Below, in pieces: positions 10,651-23,927 of a DNA stretch of 64,000 nucleotides (position 1 is the stretch's first letter; every line of letters starts with the position of its first letter). The stretch is taken from contig NC_086385.1 in assembly GCF_036588685.1 (NCBI RefSeq), positions 62,643,216 through 62,707,215 of the forward strand, read 5' to 3'. Origin of the DNA: Mytilus trossulus (Eukaryota). Made by a program: the position numbers and the translations under genes. Under the pieces are notes generated by a model. That model made no database searches, was not told the origin of the DNA, and worked only from the letters and a program-made list of their open reading frames with translations.

Positions 10651-13420
10651 AAACTGTTGGGTGTAATTTTCAGTATGTATATTCCATAAACAACCGTCGA
10701 TTAACATGCACGACAAATGCCTCCATGCTAATACCACAGCCTTCTCGTATATAATCACAAATATTCCTTTTCCAACCATGATTGCATATTGGTATGCATT
10801 TACTTTTCTACATTGGCTAGAGGTATAGGGGGAGGGTTGATATCTCATAAACATGTTTAACCCCGCCGCATTTTTGCGCCTGTCCCAAGTCAGAAGCCTC
10901 TGGCCTTGTTAGTCTTGTATTTTTTTTAATTTTAGTTTCTTGTGTACAATTTGGAAATTAGAATGGCGTCCATTATCACTGAACTAGTTTATATTTGTTT
11001 AGTGGCCAGCTGAAGGACGCCTCCGGGTGTGGGAATTTCTCGCTACAGTGAAGACCTGTTGGTGACCTTCTGTTGTTTTTTTTTTTATATGGTCGGGTTG
11101 TTGTCTCTTTGAAACATTCTCCATTTCAATTCTCAATTTCATTATCAGGGGTTAATGAAACACTTTCATTCGTGGGTTCTAAACCTACGGAGAAAAAAGG
11201 CTCAGTCATCATCTGACAGTAGCAGAAACGCCCTACATCTCCATCCATTACTCCAACATATCCCCCACAACATGAGTGTAACGTTGTTATCATTTATTAA
11301 ATTAATATTATAAGATAATAAGGCTCTATAAATTTGTGAAATCACAGTTCCTTTCTGATCTTTTCCTGCTTCCGTAAATATACTTTCTTGGTATTTTATG
11401 GTTAATCTTATTTCTATAACCAAAAGCGATTCATTTCAAAGGTCCCGGGTACTCTCAGACCACTCCGTCTTCCTACACCTAAAACACAAAAGACATGATA
11501 TACCCAGTAGTGTTAAAATTTACATTAAACAAACTGCATGAAAATAAATCTAATTTTATGCACTGCATTTTCAGTAATGACAGATACCGAGATTTGTGCC
11601 GGTTGTCTCAGAGTTAATGAAAGAGAGATTGCTGTCTCGTGGTGTAATGATTGTGGGGAACCAGTTTGTCGACCTTGTGATAAAGCCCATAGGAGATTTG
11701 CTGTACCTCATGACGTCATTGATATAAAAGATATATCCAACGTTAGCAAAACCATAACCAAGATTTGCAGAGAACATACTGGACAGACATTAATCTTTTT
11801 TTGCATCATTCACGATAAAATTGTTTGTCATGTCTGTATATCCGAATCACATAAAGAGTGTGATATCAACCATATAGAGAAAGCTGCCAAGGGAATTAAG
11901 GACAGCTCAGCAATACATGATCTGAAACAACGAATACACAACCAGAAAGATACCATAGAAAAGTTGAAGGAGGAATACCATGAGCTGTCTAGCAAGATAG
12001 GCCAAGACAAGGAGCAGCAACAAGAAAGACTAAAACAATTACATTCAGCCATTGGAGACCATTTGAATCGATTGGAGAAAAATATAGATACCCATTATAA
12101 CCAAGGCGTTGAAAAAATATCAAGCAACACAGAACAATTAAAGTCTCTAGCACAAACAACACAAGCCAACCTGCAAGACATTGAAAAGGCAGAAATAGAA
12201 GAGAGCCAAGTCAACTTATTCCATATCGTAAAACATCTCGATACCAGTCAACTGTCAGATGAGGAAAATCTTCAGCTTTTAGAGAATGATATTAGCAATA
12301 TACCGTTACAGTTTATTCCTGAGACTTTCATTGGCAAAGTAGATGCAATGTTTAATGAGTTTGATCATGATGCTCAAACGACGTCGTTAAAAATCCAAAA
12401 TAGTAGGAGTAAGACCAGGCAGTCACAATTACGCGTGGATTTAGATGAACAACAAAGTCTTAAAAAAACGGGAATTTATCATGCAGGAAAGTCTTCGAAA
12501 TTTTATGCATGCTGCTTCAGCGAAGACAACAAGGTTGGAATAATCGAAGAACAATCACTTCGTGAGGAGCATCCTAGTCCTTTTACTACTGTAACTATAT
12601 ACTTGCGAATCATTAACCTGAAGGATTGCAAGTCACACGCTTTCCAACTTGACCATACATACAATAATATATGTAAAGATACTATTTGCTGGTTCGATCG
12701 AAACAACATATTAATTGTTCAAGATGATAGTGTTCACGTTATTGACCTGAAATTAGAGAATATTTATCGTACACTTAAAGTAATCAAGTATACTGGTTGT
12801 TCATCACCATGGCCAGTATCCTGCAACTGGATAACTTGTATCGAAAGTCAGATTCTGGTATTTTGTAATTATACTTGGGTTTCTTGGATGGATTACAATG
12901 GAAAAAGTGTGAAAAGGGTTGAATTTGAAGAGAATGTTTATGATCTAGATGTATTTGATAATAAGATATACTGTACGTTAAGTAACTTACACGAAATCAA
13001 ATGCACAACGTTTGCTAATTCTACTCAAACATGCTACACCAGCTTAGATCTGAGAAAAAGCTGTAGAATTGCAGCAGGAGATAATTTGATATTCCTCATG
13101 GAGAAGGAAAGAAACACCATCTTTAGAATAGATCTCACGACCAAACAACGTTCTACGTTCCATAAGGATGAGATCACCAACCCAACACATATCAATTTCA
13201 ATGATAAGACTAAAGAACTAGCAGTGACATTTGACGAAGGGAACAGTTTGAAAATCTTTAGTGTATAGATGTAATATGGAAATAACGTAACTGATGCAGA
13301 CAATTGTGGGAGTTGGTTGTAACATTGTTGTGTTTAGAAATGTCGTGGATTTAAAACACAAACCGTTGTGGAATATAAGCTTTTTTTATTCTTGAAACCG
13401 TCATAAAACTTTACTTCTAT
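10624..13420 (+). repeat. Duplicate of 1-~2790 (TRIM-like gene plus upstream flank)
   Basis: Near-identical sequence at an offset of about 10.62 kb. Similarity decays about 150 bp after the stop codon. Confidence 0.9.
11577..13268 (+). CDS. B-box/coiled-coil/beta-propeller (RING-less TRIM-like) protein, single coding exon, 563 aa
   Basis: Intact ORF (track 11538-13268) with two B-boxes, a coiled coil and a C-terminal beta-rich NHL-like region. ATG 11577 follows the acceptor-like ttttcag ending at 11574. Confidence 0.88.
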   Translation: MTDTEICAGCLRVNEREIAVSWCNDCGEPVCRPCDKAHRRFAVPHDVIDIKDISNVSKTITKICREHTGQTLIFFCIIHDKIVCHVCISESHKECDINHIEKAAKGIKDSSAIHDLKQRIHNQKDTIEKLKEEYHELSSKIGQDKEQQQERLKQLHSAIGDHLNRLEKNIDTHYNQGVEKISSNTEQLKSLAQTTQANLQDIEKAEIEESQVNLFHIVKHLDTSQLSDEENLQLLENDISNIPLQFIPETFIGKVDAMFNEFDHDAQTTSLKIQNSRSKTRQSQLRVDLDEQQSLKKTGIYHAGKSSKFYACCFSEDNKVGIIEEQSLREEHPSPFTTVTIYLRIINLKDCKSHAFQLDHTYNNICKDTICWFDRNNILIVQDDSVHVIDLKLENIYRTLKVIKYTGCSSPWPVSCNWITCIESQILVFCNYTWVSWMDYNGKSVKRVEFEENVYDLDVFDNKIYCTLSNLHEIKCTTFANSTQTCYTSLDLRKSCRIAAGDNLIFLMEKERNTIFRIDLTTKQRSTFHKDEITNPTHINFNDKTKELAVTFDEGNSLKIFSV

Positions 13421-13574
13421 ATGTAAGATTGAGAATTGAAATGGGGAAAATATCAAAGAGACAACAATCCGACAAAAGAGCAGCCAACAGCAAAAGGTCA
13501 CCAAATGCACACGGAAGTGGTCCCCATGATCATCTGGCCCCTAAAAAAATGTGTTTGAATTCAATTAAAATGGA

Positions 13575-13852
13575 CGTCTCCGAAGGTATCACCAGCCTAG
13601 TAGTCAACACCTCGGTGTTGATATGAATATCAATAAAGTTGTAATTTCTATAAATTTTCTGTTTACAAAACGTTGAATTTTTCGAAAAACTAAGGATATT
13701 CTTATCCCAGGCATATATTGCCTTAGACGTATTTCATTTGGCACAACTTTTTGGATTTTTTGTATCCTCAATGCTCTTCAACTTTGTACTTGTTTGGCTT
13801 TATACATAATTTGATATAAGCGTCACTGATTTGTCTTATGTAGACGAAACGT
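13575..13852 (+). mobile_element. Retrozyme-family repeat, truncated within the hammerhead
   Basis: Same unit as 4210-4550. It ends at cgtcactgatttgtcttatgtagacgaaacg, where the core is mutated. Confidence 0.7.
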
Positions 13853-15728
13853 GATGTGTACGGATTAACAATTTAGTCTTAGATGCATGATTCTTTTATT
13901 AGTTGTTAGTGGCTTTGAACTGGCTGTCAGATAACTGCGAGTACTCTTATATCTGTTTGTTGTATCTTTTTGTGTCGGGATGTATAAATACCCGGCCACG
14001 TTCACTTGTATTTTTGTCCATCTGATGAGGTAAGCCTTTTTCAACAGATTTTTATAGTTCGTTCTTATGTTGTACTGTTATACCACTGTCTCAGGTTATG
14101 GGGAGGGTTGGGATCCCGCTAACATGTTTAACACCGCCACATTATTTATGTATTTGCCTGTTCCAAGTCAGGAGCCTGTTTTTCAGTGGTTGTCGTTTGT
14201 TCATGTTACATATATGTTTTTTTCGTTCATTTTTTTTAAATACATATGGAAAAAAGTATTGCAACACCTTGATTTTTTAATACTTGAAAAATCAGTCTCT
14301 TATTTTGGATGGAATATGATAAAATATGTGTAAAATAATATTAAAACGTAGTTAATGATAACATTGGCTTTATAACGATCAAAAAATGTATGAAAAAAAA
14401 AGTTTTATCTAACCAAATATTTTATAACAAAATGATGTGTTTTTTGTCCAAAGAAAATGCATTTTAAAACTTTTACTGTAGTCAAACTTTATAATGTCAG
14501 ACATTTCAAAATTAATCTTTAGATGATTGTTCACATCATGGTTGATCGTTATACGCCAAAGAATTAGTACTTTGTGCGCAGTCTCCTTTAAAACTTATAA
14601 CCGCATGTTAACGTCTTCTGATTCCTGCCATAAGTCGACTAATTTGTTGCTAAGCTAGGAGAAACCGATCTTGACGCAGGCTATTATTTATTTCATGATT
14701 TGTTTGAACTGGGGTGTCCTTTCATGCACTTGATGCCCAAAAGCGTCCGAAATATGCTCGATATGGTTCAAATTCGGGCTACGATTGGGCCAAGGAAGAT
14801 GAACCGAATTTCATTGGAACACTAGTTCTTCCTCCACGACGCTAATTTACAACTTTGGCCAGCTCTGCACTATATTGGATACGGGTATCTGTGTGTCTGT
14901 TCGTAGTCAAAGGTCCCTAAAATGGTTTTATCGCGCGATAACCAGTAGCGATGAGCCGATCTCGAACAGTTCTTGTTTAAAGGCTCCTGTATGGTCATCA
15001 TTCTCTTTTTAGGATTGTTATGTTTGCAATAGGTTTCCTTCTGACCAACCTTCATCATGCTTTATTTTCCCTAGAAAAGTTATAGGGGGTCTTTTGGACC
15101 TCGGAAGGTCTTTAACATCGTTTCATGCCTGATTTTTATTCTCAAAACGACTAATAGTGGAATGGTGATGACCAAAAATACGTGCAATTATCACAGCGTC
15201 ATACCTGCTTCCCTCATGCTGGATATCTGCCATCTTGCTGCAGTTATGAGTTGTGGATGACCAATTGCAAGGTGTCAATAACATAAATTAATAAACTTGG
15301 TTATTTTAAGTGTTGAAAACAAGGAGGATGAAAACATCTGTTTAAGTGTTTACGAGTACAGTAGCTGCATGTGCAGATAAAAACTGATAGAGTCGATATT
15401 TATTGATTAAACGCATGTGATATTTAAATAATGTTTAACTAGTTCTATTTCAACAAATTATTTAACAATTTTTTTTATTTTTTTTTAATTTGAATTTGAA
15501 TTTGGTGTTGCAATTCTTTTTTCCATGTGTATATTAATAAGGCCGTTAGTTTTCTTGTTTGAATTGTTTAACATTGTCTTATCGGGACCTTTTATAGCTG
15601 ACTATTCTGTATGGAATTTGCTCATTGTTGAAGGCCGTACAGTGACCTATAGTTGTTAATATCTGTGTCATTTTGGTATCTTGTGGACAGTTGTCTCATT
15701 GGCAATCATACCACATTTTCTTTTGTAT
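13853..15728 (-). repeat. Abundant interspersed repeat (aagaagatgtggtatgattgccaatgagac family), split by a Tc1 element
   Basis: The halves 13853-14240 and 15532-15728 join to give the reverse complement of the copy at 62568-63250. Other fragments lie at about 24635, 32320, 33993, 46700, 51166, 53587, 54812 and 56200. Confidence 0.75.
14243..15529 (-). mobile_element. Internally deleted, decayed Tc1-like transposon
   Basis: TA TSD and 26-bp TIRs (CA[T/C]ATGGAAAAAAG[T/A]ATTGCAACACC). Minus-strand remnants DVKDLPRSKRP (~15100) and WPNRSPNLNHIEHI (~14770) match the Tc1 GRPR and WPxxSPDLNPIE motifs. Confidence 0.85.
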
Positions 15729-15729
15729 A

Positions 15730-16122
15730 AGTTATAATCCTGGTACCTTTGATAACTATTTACACCACTGGGTCAATGAGACTGCTGGTGGACGTTCCGT
15801 CTGAAGGGGTATCACCAGCCCAGTAGTCAACACCTCGGTGTTGACATGAATATCAATAATGTGGTATTTTTTTTTTTTATAAATTTCCTGTTTATAAAAC
15901 TTTGAATTTTTCGAAAAAATAAGGATATTCTTATCCCAGGTATAGATTACCTTAGACGTATTTTGCACAACTTTTTGGATTTCTGGATCATCAATGCTTT
16001 TCATCTTTGTACTTGATTGGCTTTATAAATACCTTGTTTTTTCAACCGTCACTGATGAGTCGTATGTAGATGAAGCGCGCTTCTGGCGTACTAAATTATT
16101 ATCCAGGTACCTTTGATAACTA
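15730..16122 (+). mobile_element. Retrozyme-family repeat, one full unit with mutated hammerhead
   Basis: Direct terminal redundancy atcc[t/a]ggtacctttgataacta. Core ctgatgagtcgtatgtagatgaagcgcgc carries GAAA>GAAG. Confidence 0.75.
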
Positions 16123-16780
16123 TAAATACCAAAACATATGACTGAGCTCAAATTTAAAAAAAACCCGCAAGACTAACAAAGGCAAGAGGCTCCTGACTTG
16201 CGACAAACGCAAAAAATGCGGCGGGGTTAAACATGTTTTGTGAGATCTCAACCCTCTCCTATACCTCTAATCAATGCAGAATAATGATACATATAGCAAT
16301 ATGCCTAAGGGTACGGTGAGGAAATCCACGGACCACTACAGATTGCCACGAATGTCGCCGCATCGTATCCGTATCTAATCCGACGTCAATCCGCAAATGT
16401 TTGACCTAATGCATCAGCAACTATTCATCAAAGCAGTATACTATTCAAGTTTCCTACTTCCTGTTTCCAGACCTCATTTTGTTTTCGTACATACATTCAT
16501 ACATGAAGTGTTTGTGGCAGAAATCTAATAGTAAGTAACAAGCTTCATAGATGTTGTACCTGTCAGTTCATTTTGTTTTCGTACATACATGAAGTGTGTG
16601 TGGCAGAAATCTAACTGAACAAAGTAAAATAACAAAAATATTCCAAACTCAAAGTGAAAATAAAAAAATCGTTTATAAAATTAAAAGCACAAACAAATGA
16701 TATCGGTTTAATTTGGTCTCTTCTGGATAGTTATCTCATTGGCATACCACATCTCCCTATTTTTATATTTTTTTTTATAT

Positions 16781-17499
16781 TATTCTGCCTCAGTGCATAC
16801 TAGTATAACCATAAGCCACAGTAATGTATATCATTTATTTCGAAAACCATGAAATAACAAGTTCTACATATGTGTGCTGTGATGTTGGTAAAAAGATTGT
16901 GAGTTGGCGTAGTTAACGATACTTTTAAATGCCTGTGACCACGTTCATGCTTTCAATTTAGGAAACAAAAAAGTAAGGGGGACAGTAACGAACTTCAAAG
17001 TACAAAAATATAGCAATAAAAAATAGTCCGGGAAAACTTTCGAAAAAATAAGGATATTCTTATCCCAGGTATAGATTACCTTAGACGTATTTTGCACAAC
17101 TTTTTGGATTTTTGGATCATCAATGCTTTTCATCTTTGTACTTGATTGGCTTTATAAATACCTTGTTTTTTCAACCGTCACTGATGAGTCGTATGTAGAT
17201 GAAGCGCGCTTCTGGCGTACTAAATTATAATCCAGGTACCTTTGATAACCATGAAATAACAAGTTCTACATATGTGTGCTGTGATGTTGGTAAAAAGATT
17301 GTGAGTTGGCGTAGTTTACGATACTTTTAAATGCCTGTGACCACGTTCATGCTTTCAATTTAGGAAACAAAAAAGTAAGGGGGACAGTAACGAACTTCAA
17401 AGTACAAAAATATAGCAATAAAAAATAGTCCGGGAAAACTTATGAAAAATCGATAGAATTTCTGTTAAACAATAAAAAATCAACACTGGTAACAGTACA
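16781..17499 (-). repeat. 3' LTR, expanded by partial duplication and a captured 211-bp host repeat
   Basis: LTR part (16781-17038) + copy of 15910-16120 (17039-17249) + LTR part (~17247-17499). Confidence 0.9.
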
Positions 17500-17705
17500 C
17501 TCCCCGTCTATTATCATTCCCATGATAATATTTTACAACAAATTTATGCAAATATACCAAATGTAAAAATAAGTCACAATTTTGACTATTACGAAAAATC
17601 AATGCTATCGAAGAACATTCCTTCAGCATAAAAAACACACTAAAAATACAAACAACAGTTCACTGAAACCATTTATAAATTGTTCAATATTGTCAATATT
17701 CACGA

Positions 17706-20700
17706 TCAGTCTACCAATAAAACCATCTCACTAATCGGTCTAGTATATGTAACAGCTTTTCCTTCCTTGTAAATGCGGAGGCGAGCCTTGCGTACTTTTC
17801 CATCATCACTTTTGAAAACTTCCTCCACAATGCCTAGTGGCCACTCTCCTCGGTAAATAGATTTGTCTCTCATAAGAATTATATCACCAACTTTGATATC
17901 GTCTTTGTCAACGTGCCATTTACGTCTCTGTTGCAAACATTGTAAATAATCTGACCTCCAATGCTTCCAGAATATATCTGATAGAACTTGCACATGTTTC
18001 CATTGTGCACGATACATATCCTTGAGATTGTATGTGTCCGTTATCACAGGTAAGTAGTCTTGTTTTCCAGTTAAGAGCATTGATGGGCTTAGAATCAAAG
18101 GCATTTCTGGATCTGATGATATCTGTGCAATGGGTCTTGCGTTAATAATAGCGGTCACTTCAGCTAAGAATGTTGTTAAACTTTCATGAGTCAAACTTTT
18201 ACTACTAGAAGTTAAGATAACAGCGTCTAATATTCTTCGTGTGACACCTATCATCCTTTCCCACACTCCTCCCATGTGGGAAGAGTGGGGAGGGTTAAAT
18301 TTTCATACTGAACCAGATTCACATAGAAAGTTTTTAACTGTCAAATCTTCAACATTTATAGCTTCAATATTTGAATCATCTGTGGCACCTATGAAATTTG
18401 TCCCACGGTCAGATCGATACACTTTGGCTTGTCCGCGTAATGACTGGAACCTACGAAGTGAATTTATAAAACAGGAACTGCTTAATGATTCTATCACTTC
18501 TATATAAACTGCTCTCGTAGTCATACATGTAAATAAAATAGCCCACCTTTTACTTTTTGCTGAACCTCCACGTGTCTTACGAGTTAATACTTGCCAAGGT
18601 CCGAAGGTATCCAAACCTACAAATGTGAACGGAGGCCCTGGTGTTAGTCTATCAGAAGGCAAGTCCGCCATTTTTTGTTCCTGGAACTTTCCTCGAAGTT
18701 TCCTGCATATTACACACTTTTGTATAAATGAAGAAATTAATCGTTTAGCTCCAATTAGCCAGTATCCTGCACTCCTTAACGCACCTTCAGTTAAATGTCT
18801 ACCCTGATGTTTCACTGAATTGTGATAGCGGTCTATAAGAAGCTTACTAATGTAACTATTTTTCGGAATGATAATTGGGTTAATTTCTCCTGTCGGAAGC
18901 CAAGACTTTGCCTTTTCCAAACGTCATCCTACACGAATCAAACCTTGTGAATCCAAAAATGGCGAAAGAGAGATTAAAGATGATTGTTTTGAAATGTTTG
19001 TGCCTCTAGCCAAACATTCTATCTCTTGCGAATATACTTCCTTCTGACATTCCTTCAAGATAAATAATTCCGCTTTTTGGTAACTATCAACTGACATGAC
19101 ATTTTGACAAAAATGCCAACCTTGGCACGACTTATCCTTTAAACTGAATGACTGAGCCACATGTTGCAAAAATGATATAGCTTTCACAAGCCGTCTCCAA
19201 CTAGAGAATTTTTCAAAACGCCCCACTATTGGCGCAAGCGCATCTATTGACGTTTTCGATGCACTTATCTCTTTTCTAATCTCTTTATCATTATCTGGAC
19301 TAACTAACGGATATAATATTTTGACATCACATTGAGCTTCTTCGTCAGAGTTCTTCATCCACTTCGGCCGAAGAAGCCATGGATTGTTTTCCATATCAAC
19401 AGATATTGAGTAACGTGTACCGCAATCTGATGGGTTTAAATGTGTTGGGACAAACTGCCACTGATTTGACGACGATACACTCAGAATGCGTTCAATTCTG
19501 TTTGACACGTAGGTGTGAAAACGTCGGGTCTGATTAGTGATATATCCTAACACAATTTTGCTATCAGAATAATACTTGATAGAGTCCAACGGAACATCTA
19601 AATTTTCAGATATTGTTTTTCCAATTTCGGTTGCCAAGACAGCCCCACATAACTCTAATCTTGGTATCGTGTTTCCGCTAAGAGGTGCTAGTTTCGATTT
19701 TCCCATAATAAATCCGACGGTACTGGTCCCATATGTGTCGATAGCTCTTAAATATGCCGAAGCCGCAACTGCCTTCTCTGAAGCGTCTGAAAATACATGT
19801 ACTTCTAAGTTGTCCATAACACTGATTGACATAGGTATATACATACGCGGTATACTAAGTTCTCGAAGTGACAAAACAGAGATCCTCCATTCATTCCATT
19901 TCTCTTGAAAACTTTGTGATAAAACATTCATCCCAATCAGTACCCGGTGGTGATGCATCTCGCAACAAATTCTTTCCGCTAATTGTGAGTGGTGACAAGA
20001 ATCCAATCGGATCAAAAATACTATTCAATGACGAAAGAATACCTCTACGGGTGCAGGGTTTATCATCTTGTAATGGGGTAAATATAAAGCTATCGGTGTT
20101 TAAGTCCCAAGCGAGGCCAAGGCTGTGTTGTACCGGAAAATAGTCTTCACACAAGTTTAAATTCTTGAGATCCTTTCCAATATCATCGGTAGGGAAAGCC
20201 TTCATTACGTCGCTACTATTTGATGTAATCTTGTGTAACCTAATGTTACCTTCTGTTTTTAGCGCCATCTGTGTTCTTGTTATAAGATCAATTACTTGTT
20301 CACATTCAGGCAAGGAAATGAGCCCATCGTCTACGTAAAAATCCCTGTTAACGAAAGTCTTAACATCTGAGCCGAACGTTTCATTAGAGTTTTCAACTGT
20401 CTTGCGTAATCCGTACGTTGCCACTGCAGGAGAAGCGCTATTGCCAAAAACATTGACACACATCCGATGTTCTATAAGCGGATTATCTGGGTTATTGTCC
20501 TTGTACCAAAAGAACCTCAAAAAGTTTCTATCTTCTTCTCTCACGTAGAATTGATAAAACATTTGTTCTATATCAGCAGTGGCCGCAAACTGGTCACTGC
20601 GAAAACGCAACAAAATACCAAGTAGGTTGTTAGTGAGATCTGGTCCTGACATCATAACGCTATTGAGAGATACTCCTTCGAAAGATGCTGAGGAATCAAA

Positions 20701-23700
20701 TACGCCTCTTATCTGGTTAGGCTTGTTCTGGTGGTAAACAACAAAAAGGGGGAGATACCAACACTCCTCATCTGTGATTATGGGAGCTACCTCCGCTGCT
20801 CCGCTAACTAATACTTTTTGCATAAATTCTACAACATGAGTCTTTTTTGTAAAATTTTGTTGGAAAGATTTATCGAGTATTTGAGCCCTTTTCCATGCTT
20901 GACTCCTATTGTTCGGCAATCGTTGTCTATTGGTTTAAAAGGGAGGGGTGCAGTCCAGTGCCCATTTGAATCTTTCTTAAATTTAGAATCCATGAGATTA
21001 AGGAACAAGCGGTCTTGGACTGATGTGCCAATCTTGTCGTCATCTTTGGTTTTAATAAACAATGGGTCATTGTTACATCTTTGTGAATTAACATTATCTC
21101 TGATATGAGCCAATTCAGTGTTTTCCTTTACATACAAAGTGTTAGTACAAGGTTCAAATATAGTTCCTCTACCATTGTTCATTACATTAGTCATTGTTAT
21201 TGACATTGACAAAATTTGGTTTGTGTACTTTGCCTAAGCAAACAACGCCTATAATTACCCAACCGAAAAAGAGCTCCTGGGCAAATGGCGTGCCCTTCGG
21301 TCCTGTCAACTGTCTAAACACGTGGTGCGCTTCTGGGACATCTCTTCCAATCAAAAGTTGAATGTCTATATTTGGATTCAAATCTAACATTTGATGAGCT
21401 ATCTCCCGTAAATGGGGATAGGATTTAGCAATATCCGGAGTCGGAATTTCTGATTTTTTGTCTGGGATTGCACTGCACTCTATTACTGAATGTATTTCAA
21501 GTTCTCCATTACCAGACAATGACTCAACTATCAGACTTTCTGCACATCTACCATTCATGATAGTGCGTCCAGCACAAGACGACATAGTATACTGAATGGC
21601 CGATGTATTTATACCTAATTGATCAAACAGCTCAGTCTTAGCAAGAGTTCTGTTACTTTGGTCGTCTAGTATAGCGTACACATTAACGGCTTTATCTGGG
21701 AAGTTCTTCGGGTACACACGGACCTGAACGGTTTTTCCACATGATTTACCACTAAATCCACATAAAAACGTGCACTTGGATGACACTGTTTGATCATTAG
21801 CATTTTGCGTTGTATCAGATGATTTCTCTCCGCCGTCAGGACAACTAGATTTTGCAGTTACATGCATAGCGGTTATATGATAATTACTTCCACAATGATC
21901 GCATTTTACAGTTACAGTGCAATTTCGTGACATATGAGTTGTCGAATGGCAGCATTTGAAACAAATATTATTGTCCTTCAGATACTTTCTGCGTTCTTCA
22001 TAAGTCATTGCTTTAAAGGCTCGACAAGTATTCAAATGATGATTGGCTTTATGAATAGGACAACGTACTGTCTCTTTCTCTTCCTTCTGTTTAATATTAA
22101 CATCTGTTTTTCGGTTAAACACTGACGTTGCACCATGGTTAACTTTCCGTGTTTCATTTTTCCTAGAATACGACGTTTCAGTATTACTATAAATAAACGC
22201 GGGATCATTTTTGACAGCACTAACCTCTCTGATAAATTGCACCAAGTACGAAAAAGGTGGAAATGGTACGTTGTTCCTCAGTTTGTATTGCGATGCACGT
22301 GTTGTCCACTTCTCTTGTATATTATATGGTAACTTGTCCACAATTGGTAAAACACCAGAAGAAGAGTCGAAATATGACAATAAATTTGAAAATGTCTCAT
22401 TCTCTTTCGAAGATTCTATTTGTGTGAGAATATCTAATAGCTCATAAAGTCGACTATGATCCTTGTTTGTTAACTTTGGAAACTTCTGTAGTTTTGTTTT
22501 AATTGCAGCTTCTACCATCTCAGGTCTACCATAGCGTTCGTCAAGACGCTCCCATATACGACGAAGACCAGCATTTGGATCGTTCACATTTGACGCACGA
22601 ATATTTTGCGAAAACTTTGAAGATTCACGGCCGAGCCATTTAACAAATAAGTCCATTTCTTCGAAAGCCGTAACTGAGAGTTCTTCAGTAATACTTTTAA
22701 AGGTAGCTTTCCATGAAGCATAAGTTTCGGGACAGTCATCGAAATTCTGAAATCTAGAAAGTAATAAATCTTTCTTCAACAAAAACTTTGTCAAGTCAGA
22801 CACTACAGACTGATCATGATTTGGTGGCAGTGGTGGTTGAGTTAATTCAAAATCAGCTGCATAAGGATTTAATGTTTGTTTTTGCCGAATTTCTGGTTTG
22901 ATATCTTCAACAGTCGATCGATCCAAATCGTCGACTTGAAATTTTGGCAAATTCCTTGGCGTAGGAATTATGTTTAACTGGTTCCAAGGTGCCGGAGTAT
23001 GTGAACTAAATTTGTCTTGATTGTTCGAAATATCTTGCGGAACATTATTATTCTTGTCTTGTTGTTCCACTTCATTAAATTGTTCATTTACATACTTTTA
23101 TGTTAGTGTCATTTTCACTTTTTGTAAAGACTCTTTGTCTTCTCGTAACGACAAGGATCTTCTATCGCTCTCGGCTTCTTCTAAAACTTTGACCTCGACC
23201 TCTGCGACAGCGGCTTCTGTCTGTTGTTTAAGCAGTGCTAAATCTGCATCAACTTCAGCTTTTTCACGGTCCTTTAAAGCTTTAGACTGTGTTTCTAATT
23301 CACTTAATCTTGCCTTTTGCTTCATTAATTTTGTTTGTTGTTCCGCATATTGTAACTTTGTTCGTTGAACTTCAGCATTTACACGCTTCCTAGCCATAGC
23401 TGAACTCGAAATTGAGCCGCTTTTACCACTATTGTTTGAACGGACAGACTCTACAGGAACTACTGACATAGTTTCAGCTGCGGTTAATTTCAATGTCTTA
23501 ATTTGTTGTAATGTATTGTCAATGATTTCAGTGCACTTTTTAAACTCAGTCTTGAAGGTGGGTAATGCTTCATTACTGTCTTCATTATTCTTGCGTGTCA
23601 AAAACTCAATATATTGATTTGAGTTTTCACAGTATTTTTCACAAGACTTCAAAATGTTTTTCTCTAGTTTGCGTAGAGGTTTCAGCTCCTTCGAGCACTC

Positions 23701-23857
23701 TGAGAATTCTTCGAGTAAATTTTCTAGTTTCCCACGAACCGTAAATTTGTTTAAGGTATTTTATCTTATGTGAATGATAAAGTTCTTTACCTTTCTCTGT
23801 CATTTTATGTTCATGTGTTACTGTTGTTTCAGGCGGAAGTGGTTGTGATTGAGCCAT
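17706..23857 (-). pseudogene. BEL/Pao gag-pol polyprotein with about 3 in-frame stops and about 4 frameshifts
   Basis: Triple zinc knuckles (CPIH..HHLNTC, CFKCC..H..C, CDHC..H..H), protease AILDDQS, RT FYVDD, RNase H HVFSDAS, integrase HHCC, GLDTFGP, SDRGTNF and GGVWER, spread over eight ORF pieces. Confidence 0.93.
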
Positions 23858-23915
23858 TTCATAAAATTGTTTGTAGGAACTACTGCATGTTATTCTGTAT
23901 CGAACTGTGTCTTTG

Positions 23916-23927
23916 CAATCTTTTTAC
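23916..23927 (-). promoter_or_regulatory. Non-tRNA primer-binding site, complementary to LTR 24035-24046 (putative self-priming)
   Basis: Sense GTAAAAAGATTG lies immediately after the 5' LTR and is the perfect reverse complement of sense CAATCTTTTTAC inside the LTR. Confidence 0.7.
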
